Below, piece by piece: positions 21,405 through 31,232 of a stretch of DNA of 64,000 nucleotides. The DNA comes from Candidatus Marinacidobacterales bacterium. GTDB taxonomy: Bacteria > Acidobacteriota > Vicinamibacteria > Marinacidobacterales > DATDRI01. The notes under the pieces were generated by a model. That model did not search any database. It was not told the DNA's origin and saw nothing but the letters and a program-made list of their open reading frames with translations. The stretch is taken from positions 1,440,001 through 1,504,000 of the forward strand of contig OZ244742.1 of NCBI GenBank assembly GCA_965219415.1. Reading direction: 5' to 3'. Both the position numbers and the translations under genes were made by a program. Positions within the stretch are counted from its first letter, which is position 1; the number at the start of each line of letters is the position of its first letter.

Positions 21405-21635
21405 CGAGGTTGGCGGTCTTCCGGATACCGCGGCTCGAGCGCCTCACCCCGGGCGTTTATCAACATCGCCTCACCTTGCTGCCACGACGACATTGGGAAT
21501 TTGACTTCGCGCTCGACCTTAATACCCAAGCCGGTTCTCTCCCCGCGGTCTCGAAAACCGTTCCCTAGTGCCCGCTATCAGCGACACTAGATGATCGAGG
21601 ATAGTAGACGGTACCGAAAAAGGAAAATTGCGCTT

Positions 21636-24600
21636 CTAGGCGTGTGGCGCGGGCGCGGTGACGACCGAGGCCCTTTCTTCGAGTTTCACCGAGACCAGCT
21701 TGGAGATCCCCGGCTCCTCCATGGTGACACCGTACATTTGGTCGGCGTGCTCCATCGTTCGGAGGTTGTGGGTGATAACGATGAATTGGGTTGTCTTCCT
21801 GAGCTCGGCCAGCATGGAGAGGAATCGGCCGACGTTGGCCTCGTCGAGCGGAGCGTCGACTTCGTCCAAGAGGCAAAAGGGCGAGGGCTTGTAGCGGAAT
21901 ATGGCGAACATGATGGCGATCGCAGTCATCGCCTTTTCCCCTCCCGAGAGGAGCAACACGTTTTGAAGCTTCTTCCCCGGCGGCTGGGCAATGATATCGA
22001 TGCCGCTATCCAAGACGTCGTTCTCGTCAATGAGTCGAAGGCCGGCTCGCCCGCCCCCGAAGAGCTGTTTGAACGTCGCCGCAAAGTGATGGTTGATCCC
22101 TTCGAGGGCTTCCAGGAACTTCTGCCGAGAGGTGGAATCGATCCGCTGAATGGCCTTTTCGGTAGATGCGATGGAGTCGAGAAGATCTTTGCGCTGACCG
22201 GTGAGGAACTCGTCCCGCGTCTCGAGCTCGAGATACTCTTCGTCGGCCATCGGATTTACCGGTCCGATGGAATCCAGCTTCCGTTTGAGCTCGGAGAGCT
22301 CGGCCTTGAGCGTCTCGTCGTTCTTGCTGAGATCACCAGGGCTCAACAAGTGGGCCGCTTCCGGGAGTGTTATCTCGTGCGATTCTTGGAAGCTCTGCCG
22401 GAGATGACTCATCTCTGACTCCTCCCTGGTCAGAGCGATCTCTTGGGCGGAGCGTTTTTCGCGCGTCTCCTCCAGCTCTTTTCGCCGGAGCTTGAGAGCC
22501 CCTTCCGTTGACTCGATGCGCCCCCGAAGCCGGCCCGCCGCCTCCTCGAGCCCGGTGAAGCCCTCCCGGAGTGAGTCCCTCTGCGTGAGCGACCCGGTTA
22601 GCTCGGTCTCGGCGTGCGCGAGCTCTTCTTCAACCTCGGACAAGCGCTCCCCGAGCCCGAGCTGCTCTTTTCGGCCCGCTTCCGTGCGCGCCCCGAGCTC
22701 ACTCACGCCTTCCTGCAATCGTTCGACGTCTACCCTGACTGCCTGCACGCGCTCTCGCAGCGCGGCGACGGTGGTAGCCTCTTCCGCGGCTTTGCCTTGG
22801 AGACCCTCGACCTCAGTCCGACGCTCGGCCAGGCTCAACCGAGCTTCCTCCGATCGAGACTCGATTTGGTTCTTAGCTTCTTCCTCGGAGGCAAGCGAGG
22901 CTTCCATTTCCACCCGTTTATCACCCAAGTTGCTCTTCTCGGAATCGGCGCGTGCCAGCTCGCTCGACAAGACTTCGGTTTTACGCTCCGCCCGCGTCCA
23001 CTCCTCGTCGAGCTGGCGGCCCCGATGCTCGAGGCCAACGAGTACCTTATCGAGAGAGTGTTGTTCCTCGGAAACCGAAGCCAATCTTTCCTCTCTCGCC
23101 CCGAGCACTTTCTGGATTTCTTCCTTGCGGGTTTCCTGCCGACTGAGTTCGGTCGCGTTGTGGGATAGCTTCTCCTTGAGCTCGCGGATTTCTCGCCGGC
23201 TGCTGAGCAGCCCCTCGCTCGGTCCTCCAGGACCCGCCCGTAGCACTCCCGGTGGGGAGAGAATCTCTCCGCTCGCTAAGCTCACGTAAGGAACCCCCGG
23301 CTCGAGTCGGAAAGCTCGAAACGCAGCCTCGATGCCATCGACCACGATCGCGTCGGGAAGCGAACGTCGTAGAAGCTCGGACTTGCCGTTCGTCCAACGA
23401 ACCGCGTCACTCAGACGCCCCACCACGCCGTCGACGCCGGTACGTCGAAGATTCTCGAGGGCGTCTCGGACTGGCGAAGTCCTCATCGTGCTCGCGAGAG
23501 ACTCGATGAGGAAATCGCAGCGTCCCGCGTCCTCCTTTTCGAGCCATCGCTGAGCCGCCAGGGCGTCCTCTTCATTGTCGACCAAAATGCGCTGGAGAGA
23601 CTCCCCGTAGAATCGTTCCGCGGCTCGCTCGAACTTGGGGTCGACCTCCAACGAGTCCGCGAGCACGCCTCCGAGCCGAACTTTTTTGTCAGGTCTGTCA
23701 GGTATGTCAGGTAGGTCCGACCCGGCGGTGAGCAAATGGCGCGCTCCTGCCCCGAAGTGCGTTCTAGACGTCACCAACTCTTCGAGAGAGGCGAGCCGCC
23801 CCGAAAACGAAGACGCCTCTTCCCGCCCCCGCAGCAGCTCCTGATCGACGTGCGCCAGGTCGCGTCTGAGGTCAGCGACCTCCCGCTCCGTGAGCTCTCG
23901 CTCGCTGGCGAGCTGCGCGGCGTTCGCCCGCCGCTCCTCGAGCTCCTTGGCGAGCGCCTGCTTTTCTCCCTCCAGGCGCTGGCGCTCAATCGTTAGCTCG
24001 CGCATCTCCTCTCGAAGCTTCAATGCTTCCGACGAGACCTTGTCCACATTCGCCAGAACACCTTGCAGAAAATTGTTGAGCGTCGCGATCTTACTGATGC
24101 GATGCACGAGCTCCGCACGGCTCTCTTCGATCTCTTGCTCCGTCTCGGCGAGCGAGGCGGTTGCTCGAGAGAGCTTCTCCTGAATCCGAGCCGCGTTCGC
24201 TTCCAGCTCCGTGAGTCTAGCCGCCGCCTCCTCCTCGTCGTTGCGCCGAACCACTAGTTGTCGCTCCGCCGGACCCAGGCGCGTCTCGAGATCTTCGAGC
24301 TCCTGTCCGAGCTGGCTCTGGCGACTGTCGACGTCTTTCAATTGTTGACGGCCCCGCGCGATCTGACTATCCAGCCGCTCGATGGCGAGCTCCAATCGGT
24401 GGAGCTTCTCGCGGGCATCCTCCAAACTGGATTCTTGTTCTGCCTGTTCCAACCTCAATCGCTCGAGATAGTTCTCCGCGGTCACCAAGCTGGTGGAACG
24501 CCGCAGCTCTTCGTCGGCCACCGTCTTGAGCTCTTGTCGCAAGTGTCCAAGCTTGCGCTCGAGCTCTCGGCACTTCTTCACCGCGGCGATCTGTTCGAGA

Positions 24601-25268
24601 TGACTCATCGAGGCGCGCAGGCGTTTGTAGCGCCTGGCTTTGCCGGCCTGACGCTTGAGCGAATTCATCTGGCGCTCGACCTCGTAGACGATGTCGTTCA
24701 CGCGCAAAAGGTTTTGCTGAGCCGCCTGTAGTTTCAACTCGGCGGAACGGCGACGTACCTTGTACTTGGTGATCCCAGCCGCCTCCTCGATCACCGCACG
24801 TCGGTCGGACGCCTTGCTGGAAAGAATCAGCCCTATCTTCCCCTGCTCGATGATCGAATAGGCCTTGGTGCCCATCCCGGTGTCCATGAAGAGCTCGACG
24901 ATGTCTCGCAGGCGACACGGACTGCCGTCGAGCAGGTATTCGCTGTCCCCGGAACGATACAAACGCCGTGTGACCACCGCTTCCCGGAGGCCCGATCCGT
25001 TCCCGTTGATGTTGGATAGGCGGAGGTTGACCTCGGCGAAGCCGACGGGGGGGCGACGCTCGCTGCCATTGAAGATAAGGTCCTCCATCCTTTGGCCCCT
25101 GAGGCTCTTGGCACTCTGCTCCCCGAGGGCCCACCCAATGGCGTCCGAGATGTTGCTCTTGCCGCACCCGTTGGGCCCGACGATGGCGGTAACCCCTTCG
25201 TGGAAGGACAGTTCTGTCCGCTCACCGAAGCTTTTGAAACCTAGGATGTCTACCCGGTCTAATCTCAT
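21636..25268 (-). CDS. smc: Chromosome segregation protein SMC
   Basis: GFKSF, GPNGCGKSN Walker A, long coiled coils and hinge, LSGGE signature, LLDEVDAPLD. Confidence 0.98.
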   Translation of the reverse strand: MRLDRVDILGFKSFGERTELSFHEGVTAIVGPNGCGKSNISDAIGWALGEQSAKSLRGQRMEDLIFNGSERRPPVGFAEVNLRLSNINGNGSGLREAVVTRRLYRSGDSEYLLDGSPCRLRDIVELFMDTGMGTKAYSIIEQGKIGLILSSKASDRRAVIEEAAGITKYKVRRRSAELKLQAAQQNLLRVNDIVYEVERQMNSLKRQAGKARRYKRLRASMSHLEQIAAVKKCRELERKLGHLRQELKTVADEELRRSTSLVTAENYLERLRLEQAEQESSLEDAREKLHRLELAIERLDSQIARGRQQLKDVDSRQSQLGQELEDLETRLGPAERQLVVRRNDEEEAAARLTELEANAARIQEKLSRATASLAETEQEIEESRAELVHRISKIATLNNFLQGVLANVDKVSSEALKLREEMRELTIERQRLEGEKQALAKELEERRANAAQLASERELTEREVADLRRDLAHVDQELLRGREEASSFSGRLASLEELVTSRTHFGAGARHLLTAGSDLPDIPDRPDKKVRLGGVLADSLEVDPKFERAAERFYGESLQRILVDNEEDALAAQRWLEKEDAGRCDFLIESLASTMRTSPVRDALENLRRTGVDGVVGRLSDAVRWTNGKSELLRRSLPDAIVVDGIEAAFRAFRLEPGVPYVSLASGEILSPPGVLRAGPGGPSEGLLSSRREIRELKEKLSHNATELSRQETRKEEIQKVLGAREERLASVSEEQHSLDKVLVGLEHRGRQLDEEWTRAERKTEVLSSELARADSEKSNLGDKRVEMEASLASEEEAKNQIESRSEEARLSLAERRTEVEGLQGKAAEEATTVAALRERVQAVRVDVERLQEGVSELGARTEAGRKEQLGLGERLSEVEEELAHAETELTGSLTQRDSLREGFTGLEEAAGRLRGRIESTEGALKLRRKELEETREKRSAQEIALTREESEMSHLRQSFQESHEITLPEAAHLLSPGDLSKNDETLKAELSELKRKLDSIGPVNPMADEEYLELETRDEFLTGQRKDLLDSIASTEKAIQRIDSTSRQKFLEALEGINHHFAATFKQLFGGGRAGLRLIDENDVLDSGIDIIAQPPGKKLQNVLLLSGGEKAMTAIAIMFAIFRYKPSPFCLLDEVDAPLDEANVGRFLSMLAELRKTTQFIVITHNLRTMEHADQMYGVTMEEPGISKLVSVKLEERASVVTAPAPHA

Positions 25269-25340
25269 GGCCGCATGGCGTCGTAAATTGTCTGCAGAAA
25301 GCGGAGTTTAGCACAGCTGGTGAGTAGCATTCAACGCGGA

Positions 25341-25387
25341 ACGCTAGATGTGGTGGAAAGGCTTTCTAGCCCTACTATATCTGTGTG
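25341..25387. promoter_or_regulatory. Tandem NrdR-box-like sites upstream of smc
   Basis: ACGCTAGATGTGGTGG (25341) and CTACTATATCTGTGTG (25372), 31 bp apart, resembling acaCwAtATaTwGtg. Confidence 0.55.
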
Positions 25388-25558
25388 CGACTGCGGAGGT
25401 CTTAGATATGACCGGCACCCAAGATTCGGAGCTGCAAAGCAGAAACCTAGTAAAGCGGAGCGTGCCGTCGAGTGTTTGGCCATCTCTCGAGCGCTGTGTT
25501 AATTTGGATCGGGCCTCTTAGATATCGTCGAGTATCGCCTCGGCGCTACCGACTCCCC

Positions 25559-27904
25559 ATGCTGCGCATTCTCGACCGATACACCCTACGTGAGATAGGC
25601 CCACCGTTCCTGCTGGGGCTTGGGGTGTTTACTTTCGTCTTCCTGCTCAACGAGATCCTTCGCTACGCCCAAATCCTGATCACCCAAGGGGCTAGCCTCG
25701 ACAGCGTGATTGGCATCCTTGTCAATTTGTTACCGAGCGTGCTTTGCTTGACGATCCCGATGGGGGTCTTGCTCGGAATCCTCATTGCGCTGGGACGACT
25801 CGCCGCGGACAGCGAGATCACCGCGCTTCGCGCTAGCGGTGTCAGCCTTTACCGCTTGCTCATTCCCATTATGGTCGCCGCGACACTTGGCTGGATGGCT
25901 ACTTCCTATTTGATCATAGAGGTACTACCCGACTCGAACCAGGCCGTCCGAAGGCTCCTTTTTCAAGTCATCGCCTCTAAGGCAAAGACGGACATCCGCC
26001 CACGAGTCTTCTACGACACGCTCTTTCCTAACTTCATGTTCCTGGTGATGGACATGCCATCGGGCGACGAAGACTGGAGCAACGTATTCCTGGCCGACCT
26101 GACTTCCCCTACTGCCCCGCGGATCACCCTGGCTCACGCGGGGCAGCTGGTGGTGGATTCCGAAAAGCAGACGGTCAATTTCTACCTGCGAGACGGCGAG
26201 GTGCACCAGGTGACCTACGCACGCCCCGGCGAGTACGACCTGCAGACCTTTTCCGAGACCGTGCTTCCGCTGACCAACAAAACATTCTTCCCCCCGGAGG
26301 ATATGGACGTACCGCGCGGGGCGAGGGAAATGGGAATCCCGCAGCTTTTCGAGTCCTATCGAAAATCCGGTCTTCCCATTTATTTGGTCGAGATTCACAA
26401 GAAGTTCTCGATCCCCTTCGCCTGTTTCGTCTTCGGTGTTCTGGGGCTTGCGCTCGGGATTCGCAACCGTCGCGAGGGGCGTTCTTGGGGATTCGTAGTG
26501 AGCATCGCCGTTATATTCGTTTACTACGTTCTCATTCAATTGGGGGACGGCGTCGCCAAGCAAGGAAATCTTTCGCCTTCGCTCGCGATGTGGATGCCCA
26601 ACGTGGCGCTCGGCATTGCGGGACTGGCCCTCCTCTTGAGGAATGCTCGGGAATCGTCCGTCGGCCTCTCCACCATCGGGTACGCCATCAAGGGTGGCAT
26701 CCAAAAACTCTGGCGTTTGGCCAGACGAGCCCCCGCCGATTCGAAGGCTCTTCCCCAAGAATCCAAGCGCCGCGGTACGGGACCGGTCGTCGTGCTCCAC
26801 ATTCCCCGTATCGTCCTGCGGTTCCCGAATACGCTAGATCGCTACGTCTCTCGCGAGTTCTTCCGTTACTTCGGCCTGGTGCTGTCCGCCCTCGTCGTGG
26901 TCTATGTTTTGGGATTGCTGGTGGACGTGATCCCGTCCGCCATCGAAAATCGGATCAAGGGCAAGCTCGTGGTCGACTACGTCGGTAACGAGATGCCTCA
27001 GATTCTTTTTCACATGTTGCCCATGGCGACACTCATGGCCACGCTCATCAACTTTGCCCTTCTTTCCAAGACCAGCGAGCTCATCGCCGCCAAGGCCGGC
27101 GGGATCAGTATGTACCGCGCCTCGATTCCCATCGTCTTGATCGGCTTTTTCGTCAGCCTGTTCTGTTTCGGAATCCAAGAATATCTGCTCCCCTATACCA
27201 ACCGACGCGCCTCCGAATTGCGTGACGAGATCAAAGATCGGCCGGTCCAAACGCACAACTTGCTCAACCGCCGGTGGATATTGGGTCAAGACGAACGGAT
27301 CTACAACTACGCCTACTACGACGCCGAGGAGCGTCTCTTCAACGGACTTGCTGTCTACGAATTCGATCCCGACCGCTTTTCACTCACCCAGCGGTTTTAT
27401 GCGCAGACCGCCGCCTGGCACCAAACCTCGGCCCGCTGGATGATGCGAGACGGCTGGTTTCGTCACTTCGATGCCCAAGCCGAGATCGAGCGCTTCGACG
27501 AGCTCGGCATGCTCGCGATGGAACCGCCCGATTACTTTACCAAGGAGCGGCGCCAGTCGAGCCAGATGACCTATCTGGAGCTCGCCGACTATATAGGTGA
27601 GTTGAGTCAGTCGGGATTTGATGTGGTGCATCTGAAGGTGGCCCTATACAGCAAGATCTCCTTTCCGTTGGCGGCGCTGGTCACCCTGCTGATTGGGGTC
27701 CCATTCTCTTTTACGCCCGGCAGGAAGGGAGCCCTCTACGGAATCGGGATTGCGATCGTCGTAGGCCTGACCTACTACATCACGACGCGCGTGTTCGCCT
27801 TCATGGGAGACTCGGCTATGCTGCCTCCCCTCATGGCGGCGTGGGCTCCCAACGTACTCTTCGGCGTGGCCGCCCTGTACGCGCTCTTCATGGTGAAGAC
27901 CTAG
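25559..27904 (+). CDS. lptFG: Fused LptF-LptG LPS export ABC permease
   Basis: Two tandem LptF/G modules (LDRY...DSEITALRASG; LDRY...SELIAAKAGG...AWAPN). Confidence 0.9.
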   Translation: MLRILDRYTLREIGPPFLLGLGVFTFVFLLNEILRYAQILITQGASLDSVIGILVNLLPSVLCLTIPMGVLLGILIALGRLAADSEITALRASGVSLYRLLIPIMVAATLGWMATSYLIIEVLPDSNQAVRRLLFQVIASKAKTDIRPRVFYDTLFPNFMFLVMDMPSGDEDWSNVFLADLTSPTAPRITLAHAGQLVVDSEKQTVNFYLRDGEVHQVTYARPGEYDLQTFSETVLPLTNKTFFPPEDMDVPRGAREMGIPQLFESYRKSGLPIYLVEIHKKFSIPFACFVFGVLGLALGIRNRREGRSWGFVVSIAVIFVYYVLIQLGDGVAKQGNLSPSLAMWMPNVALGIAGLALLLRNARESSVGLSTIGYAIKGGIQKLWRLARRAPADSKALPQESKRRGTGPVVVLHIPRIVLRFPNTLDRYVSREFFRYFGLVLSALVVVYVLGLLVDVIPSAIENRIKGKLVVDYVGNEMPQILFHMLPMATLMATLINFALLSKTSELIAAKAGGISMYRASIPIVLIGFFVSLFCFGIQEYLLPYTNRRASELRDEIKDRPVQTHNLLNRRWILGQDERIYNYAYYDAEERLFNGLAVYEFDPDRFSLTQRFYAQTAAWHQTSARWMMRDGWFRHFDAQAEIERFDELGMLAMEPPDYFTKERRQSSQMTYLELADYIGELSQSGFDVVHLKVALYSKISFPLAALVTLLIGVPFSFTPGRKGALYGIGIAIVVGLTYYITTRVFAFMGDSAMLPPLMAAWAPNVLFGVAALYALFMVKT

Positions 27905-28035
27905 TGACTTAGTGCGGACGATTGGGCCTGCGCGCGGAGCCATCAGCTGTCCCGAAGCCGCCTGCCGGCGAAGGGACGGCGGTGGGGGTGGGGCCGCCGC
28001 ACTGATAAAGGGTGCGTGAATTTGTCTGCATCCTG

Positions 28036-29829
28036 CTAGTTTTCGGCCGCGCAAAACTCAAGCCCGCGCACTTCAATCAAACCCGACGTTCCGGGACGGG
28101 TGTTGCCTGCGTCAAGAACGAAGAAGAGGCCACGCGTTTGATCGAGATCGAGATGCCCGTCGGTCGTCTCGCTGATGCTGCGGAGCTTTTCGAAGGGGAG
28201 GAGGACGTCGCGCCACTCGCCCGAAGTCGTGAAGGAGCTCGCCCACCACTCGGTGTCTTCCACCGACGCACCGGCCCGTGCGTCGCGAAGCTGCACCGTG
28301 ACACGGTACATATCCTCTCCCCGGACTTGGAATCGGATGGCGTCGAAACCGGCAATGTCACGAGGAGTCCGATCGGCGACCGAGCACCAGACGTAGGGTC
28401 GGTCGTCATTAGGCTCGGAGAGGTGGAATTCCATGCGAAAGGCACCGCCAGTGGAGAGCGCGCCCTGTTCATCCATTCGCGATGCGGGATCGTGCTCGGC
28501 GTGAAACGCCATCTTCCATGGTTCCTCACCCACAGGATGGCAGGACATCATTTCCTCGGACGCCGCGGACGAATGTCGCGGAGATTCGGTCCTGGGAGCC
28601 TGCCTACGCTCCGCGACCTCCCCTGATGAGACTGACGAGACGAAGATGGGGTTCGAGACGATCCAAGGCTGTTCGCGTCGGCCGGGGACGAATCGCGAAT
28701 CGAGAATAGCTTCCACGCGATAGATGCCCGGTCCATCGATCGGATGCGACAGCGGGCGGTCAGTCGACTCCACCAGCGAAGTTCCATCCTTCAGTAGGCG
28801 CAGCCGCGTTCCGGCCGGAGCCTCGACCGAGGCGACGAGTCGGAACGAGCCGGCCTCGACCACGTCGACCGGAATGTGGCTCCCAATTGGCCATTCGCGC
28901 GAACCATCTTCGGCATGGAATCGGAAGCGAGAGCCGTCGGCCAGTCCATCGAAGCTCATGAACCCGCTACCGTTCTTGAGAGCGCGGTAGATCGACGCCC
29001 GGTCTTTCACGGCATCGCCGACGAGAGGTTCATTCAATATCAAATGGTTGCGTGCCATCTCGAAAACCGATCCATAGCTGGGCCAGGGCAGCTCGAAACC
29101 CCAGGGCAATGTGGCGTGACCGTGTGCGTCGAGACCTACCCAGGCGACCACATCGCGCTCTTGAAGCATTGCGTCCCAATCTTCCAAGAGACGCGGCTCC
29201 CAATCCAAACCGGCAGCCAGAGCGCGCCGCGGTGAGAAGGGATAGGCGGCGGCCGCGATGGCGACACTCCATCCGCTCTGACGCCTCCATCCACTGAAGA
29301 AATTGAACAGCTCGATGCCGGTGAGGCCCGAAACATCCCAATTGGCCCAAGCGAAATTGGCCCTCCGGGCGTAGGGATGGGCGGCGATGGCAAAGCCCCC
29401 CATCTCGCTGATGTTCCTGAGCGTCTCCGCAGGGCCGGTTCCGAAACGAAGGACCGGATCCGGGATGTCCAGCGCTAGAACGTGCCCCCCCTCGGTCGCC
29501 ACCTCGCTTCCCGCGAGAAGTAGCACCCCTCCCCGATACTCCTGGCCCTCGTTTCGAAGCGCGACGGGGTCGCGGTGATCGGTGAGCACTACGAAGTCGA
29601 GGCCCGTCTGCTTCGCAGCACGGAGGATGTCGGCCACGCTTCCCGAACCATCGGAATAGCTGGAGTGCACGTGAACGACACCGACCGCACGCCGCTCGAC
29701 ATACGAATCTGGGGCGGCGAGCGAGAAAGGCGGTGGCGGCGGATTGGACGGAAGGCTCGCGACAATCGCGATGACGGAGAGCCCAAGCAGTATGGAGAAC
29801 GCTATGGAGGCGGCGCGGAGAAACCGCAT
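28036..29829 (-). CDS. Exported PHP-family metallohydrolase with C-terminal CIA30/CBM11-like domain
   Basis: N-terminal signal/anchor; HVHSSYSDG, TDH, AHP and GLDAH motifs; C-terminal FDAIRFQVRG...WRDVLLPFEKL. Confidence 0.7.
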   Translation of the reverse strand: MRFLRAASIAFSILLGLSVIAIVASLPSNPPPPPFSLAAPDSYVERRAVGVVHVHSSYSDGSGSVADILRAAKQTGLDFVVLTDHRDPVALRNEGQEYRGGVLLLAGSEVATEGGHVLALDIPDPVLRFGTGPAETLRNISEMGGFAIAAHPYARRANFAWANWDVSGLTGIELFNFFSGWRRQSGWSVAIAAAAYPFSPRRALAAGLDWEPRLLEDWDAMLQERDVVAWVGLDAHGHATLPWGFELPWPSYGSVFEMARNHLILNEPLVGDAVKDRASIYRALKNGSGFMSFDGLADGSRFRFHAEDGSREWPIGSHIPVDVVEAGSFRLVASVEAPAGTRLRLLKDGTSLVESTDRPLSHPIDGPGIYRVEAILDSRFVPGRREQPWIVSNPIFVSSVSSGEVAERRQAPRTESPRHSSAASEEMMSCHPVGEEPWKMAFHAEHDPASRMDEQGALSTGGAFRMEFHLSEPNDDRPYVWCSVADRTPRDIAGFDAIRFQVRGEDMYRVTVQLRDARAGASVEDTEWWASSFTTSGEWRDVLLPFEKLRSISETTDGHLDLDQTRGLFFVLDAGNTRPGTSGLIEVRGLEFCAAEN

Positions 29830-29858
29830 TGCTCAGGGTACACCACGCCGGTAATCCG

Positions 29859-29913
29859 GGGACAGGTTATTTATTTCGCGCTGCCTCGGAAACTGAAATG
29901 GATAACCTGTCCC
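29859..29913. repeat. Inverted repeat / REP-like hairpin between metK and the PHP gene
   Basis: GGGACAGGTTATTTATTTC (29859-29877) pairs with GAAATGGATAACCTGTCCC (29895-29913). Confidence 0.65.
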
Positions 29914-29921
29914 GATTTTCT

Positions 29922-31073
29922 CTAAAGCCCGGCGTCGTTGCGAAGCGCGTCGGCCTTATCGGTTTTCTCCCACGTGAACTCCGGCTCGTTGCGACCGAAG
30001 TGCCCGTAGACGGCGGTTTTCTTGAAGATGGGTCGCCTCAGTTTGAGCGTCTCGATGATCTCTCGCGGCGTAAGCGCAAAATGCGAACGGATGAGCCCGC
30101 TGATTTTCTCTTCGCTCACTTTTCCGGTTCCAAACGTATCGACCATGATGGACACCGGCTCCGGCACTCCGATAGCGTACGCCAGTTGGACCTCGACCTT
30201 CTTGGCCAATCCCCCGGCGACGATGTTCTTCGCGATGTGCCGTGCCATGTAAGAAGCCGAGCGGTCCACCTTGGTTGGGTCCTTTCCGGAGAATGCTCCG
30301 CCTCCGTGGCTTCCCACACCCCCATAGGTATCGACAATGATCTTTCGACCGGTGACGCCGCAGTCGCCCATCGGCCCGCCGATCACGAAGCGACCGGTGG
30401 GATTGATGAAGTACTTAGTGTCCTTGTCGAGCAGTTTTTCCGGGATAACGTGCTTAATGACCTGTTCTTTGATCTCCTCACGGAGGGTCTCGTTCTTCAC
30501 GAGGTTGGAATGCTGGGAAGAAATAACGACCGCCTCGATGCGAGCCGGGCGCTCCCCCTCGTACTCGACGGTGACCTGACTCTTACCGTCGGGCCTCAGA
30601 TAGTCCAAGATCTCTTTCTTTCTGGCTTCCGCCAAGCGCTGCACCAGTTTGTGCGCCAACATGATCGGCATCGGCATCAGCTCTTCGGTCTCGTCGCATG
30701 CGTAGCCGAACATCAATCCCTGGTCGCCCGCGCCTCCCGGATCGACGCCCTGCGCGATGTCCGGGGACTGCTCCTTGACCGCCGAGATGACACCACAGGT
30801 TTCGTAATCGAAACCAAACTTGGCGCGCGTGTAACCCACGTCGCGTATCGTACTGCGCACGATTTCCGACAGGTCTACCGATGCCTTACTGGTGATCTCC
30901 CCGGCGATGATCGCCAATCCGGTCGTCACAAGAGTCTCGCAAGCGACGCGGGAGTTCGGGTCGTCCTCAATAAGGGTGTCGAGAATCGAGTCCGAGATCT
31001 GATCTGCAATTTTGTCCGGATGGCCTTCGGTGACCGACTCGGATGTAAAAAGGTGCTTTCCGTCCTTGCTCAT
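29922..31073 (-). CDS. metK: S-adenosylmethionine synthetase
   Basis: [29 protein letters not shown] and GGGAFSGKD motifs; ATG at 31073 after GGAGGAG. Confidence 0.98.
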   Translation of the reverse strand: MSKDGKHLFTSESVTEGHPDKIADQISDSILDTLIEDDPNSRVACETLVTTGLAIIAGEITSKASVDLSEIVRSTIRDVGYTRAKFGFDYETCGVISAVKEQSPDIAQGVDPGGAGDQGLMFGYACDETEELMPMPIMLAHKLVQRLAEARKKEILDYLRPDGKSQVTVEYEGERPARIEAVVISSQHSNLVKNETLREEIKEQVIKHVIPEKLLDKDTKYFINPTGRFVIGGPMGDCGVTGRKIIVDTYGGVGSHGGGAFSGKDPTKVDRSASYMARHIAKNIVAGGLAKKVEVQLAYAIGVPEPVSIMVDTFGTGKVSEEKISGLIRSHFALTPREIIETLKLRRPIFKKTAVYGHFGRNEPEFTWEKTDKADALRNDAGL

Positions 31074-31183
31074 CTCCTCCTCCAAGCCTAAGACTGGGTC
31101 TAACTGGACCTTACTGGTAGTTCCCAGTCCCGAGACTAAGTCTTCAGTGGACCGTGTCTAACGGATCGGCGACAAAGCCAATT

Positions 31184-31212
31184 ATTGTAACATACCCTTA
31201 AAGCCAGGTCAA
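31184..31212 (-). promoter_or_regulatory. sigma70-like promoter for metK
   Basis: Minus strand TTGACC-N17-TACAAT with TG extension. Confidence 0.65.
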
Positions 31213-31232
31213 CGGAAAACGCTCGTCATCCA

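Noticed and set aside
21405-21600. T-box, c-di-AMP riboswitch, glmS ribozyme or 6S RNA assignment
   Set aside because: Only scattered short matches (CGCTGA, GGGAAC); diagnostic 3' motifs and a symmetric bubble are absent. Kept as an unassigned structured leader
23688-23720. 9-bp in-frame micro-repeats in smc (PDIPDRPD); similar ones in the porin (GQRGQRGQ) and the DUF4175-like protein (GQQ)n
   Set aside because: Low-complexity linker expansions; no frameshift potential or phase-variation signal
29829-31091. 420-aa plus-strand ORF
   Set aside because: Antisense to the highly conserved metK
31074-31180. SAM-I riboswitch upstream of metK
   Set aside because: Conserved ATC.AGAG and GCAACC core elements not found
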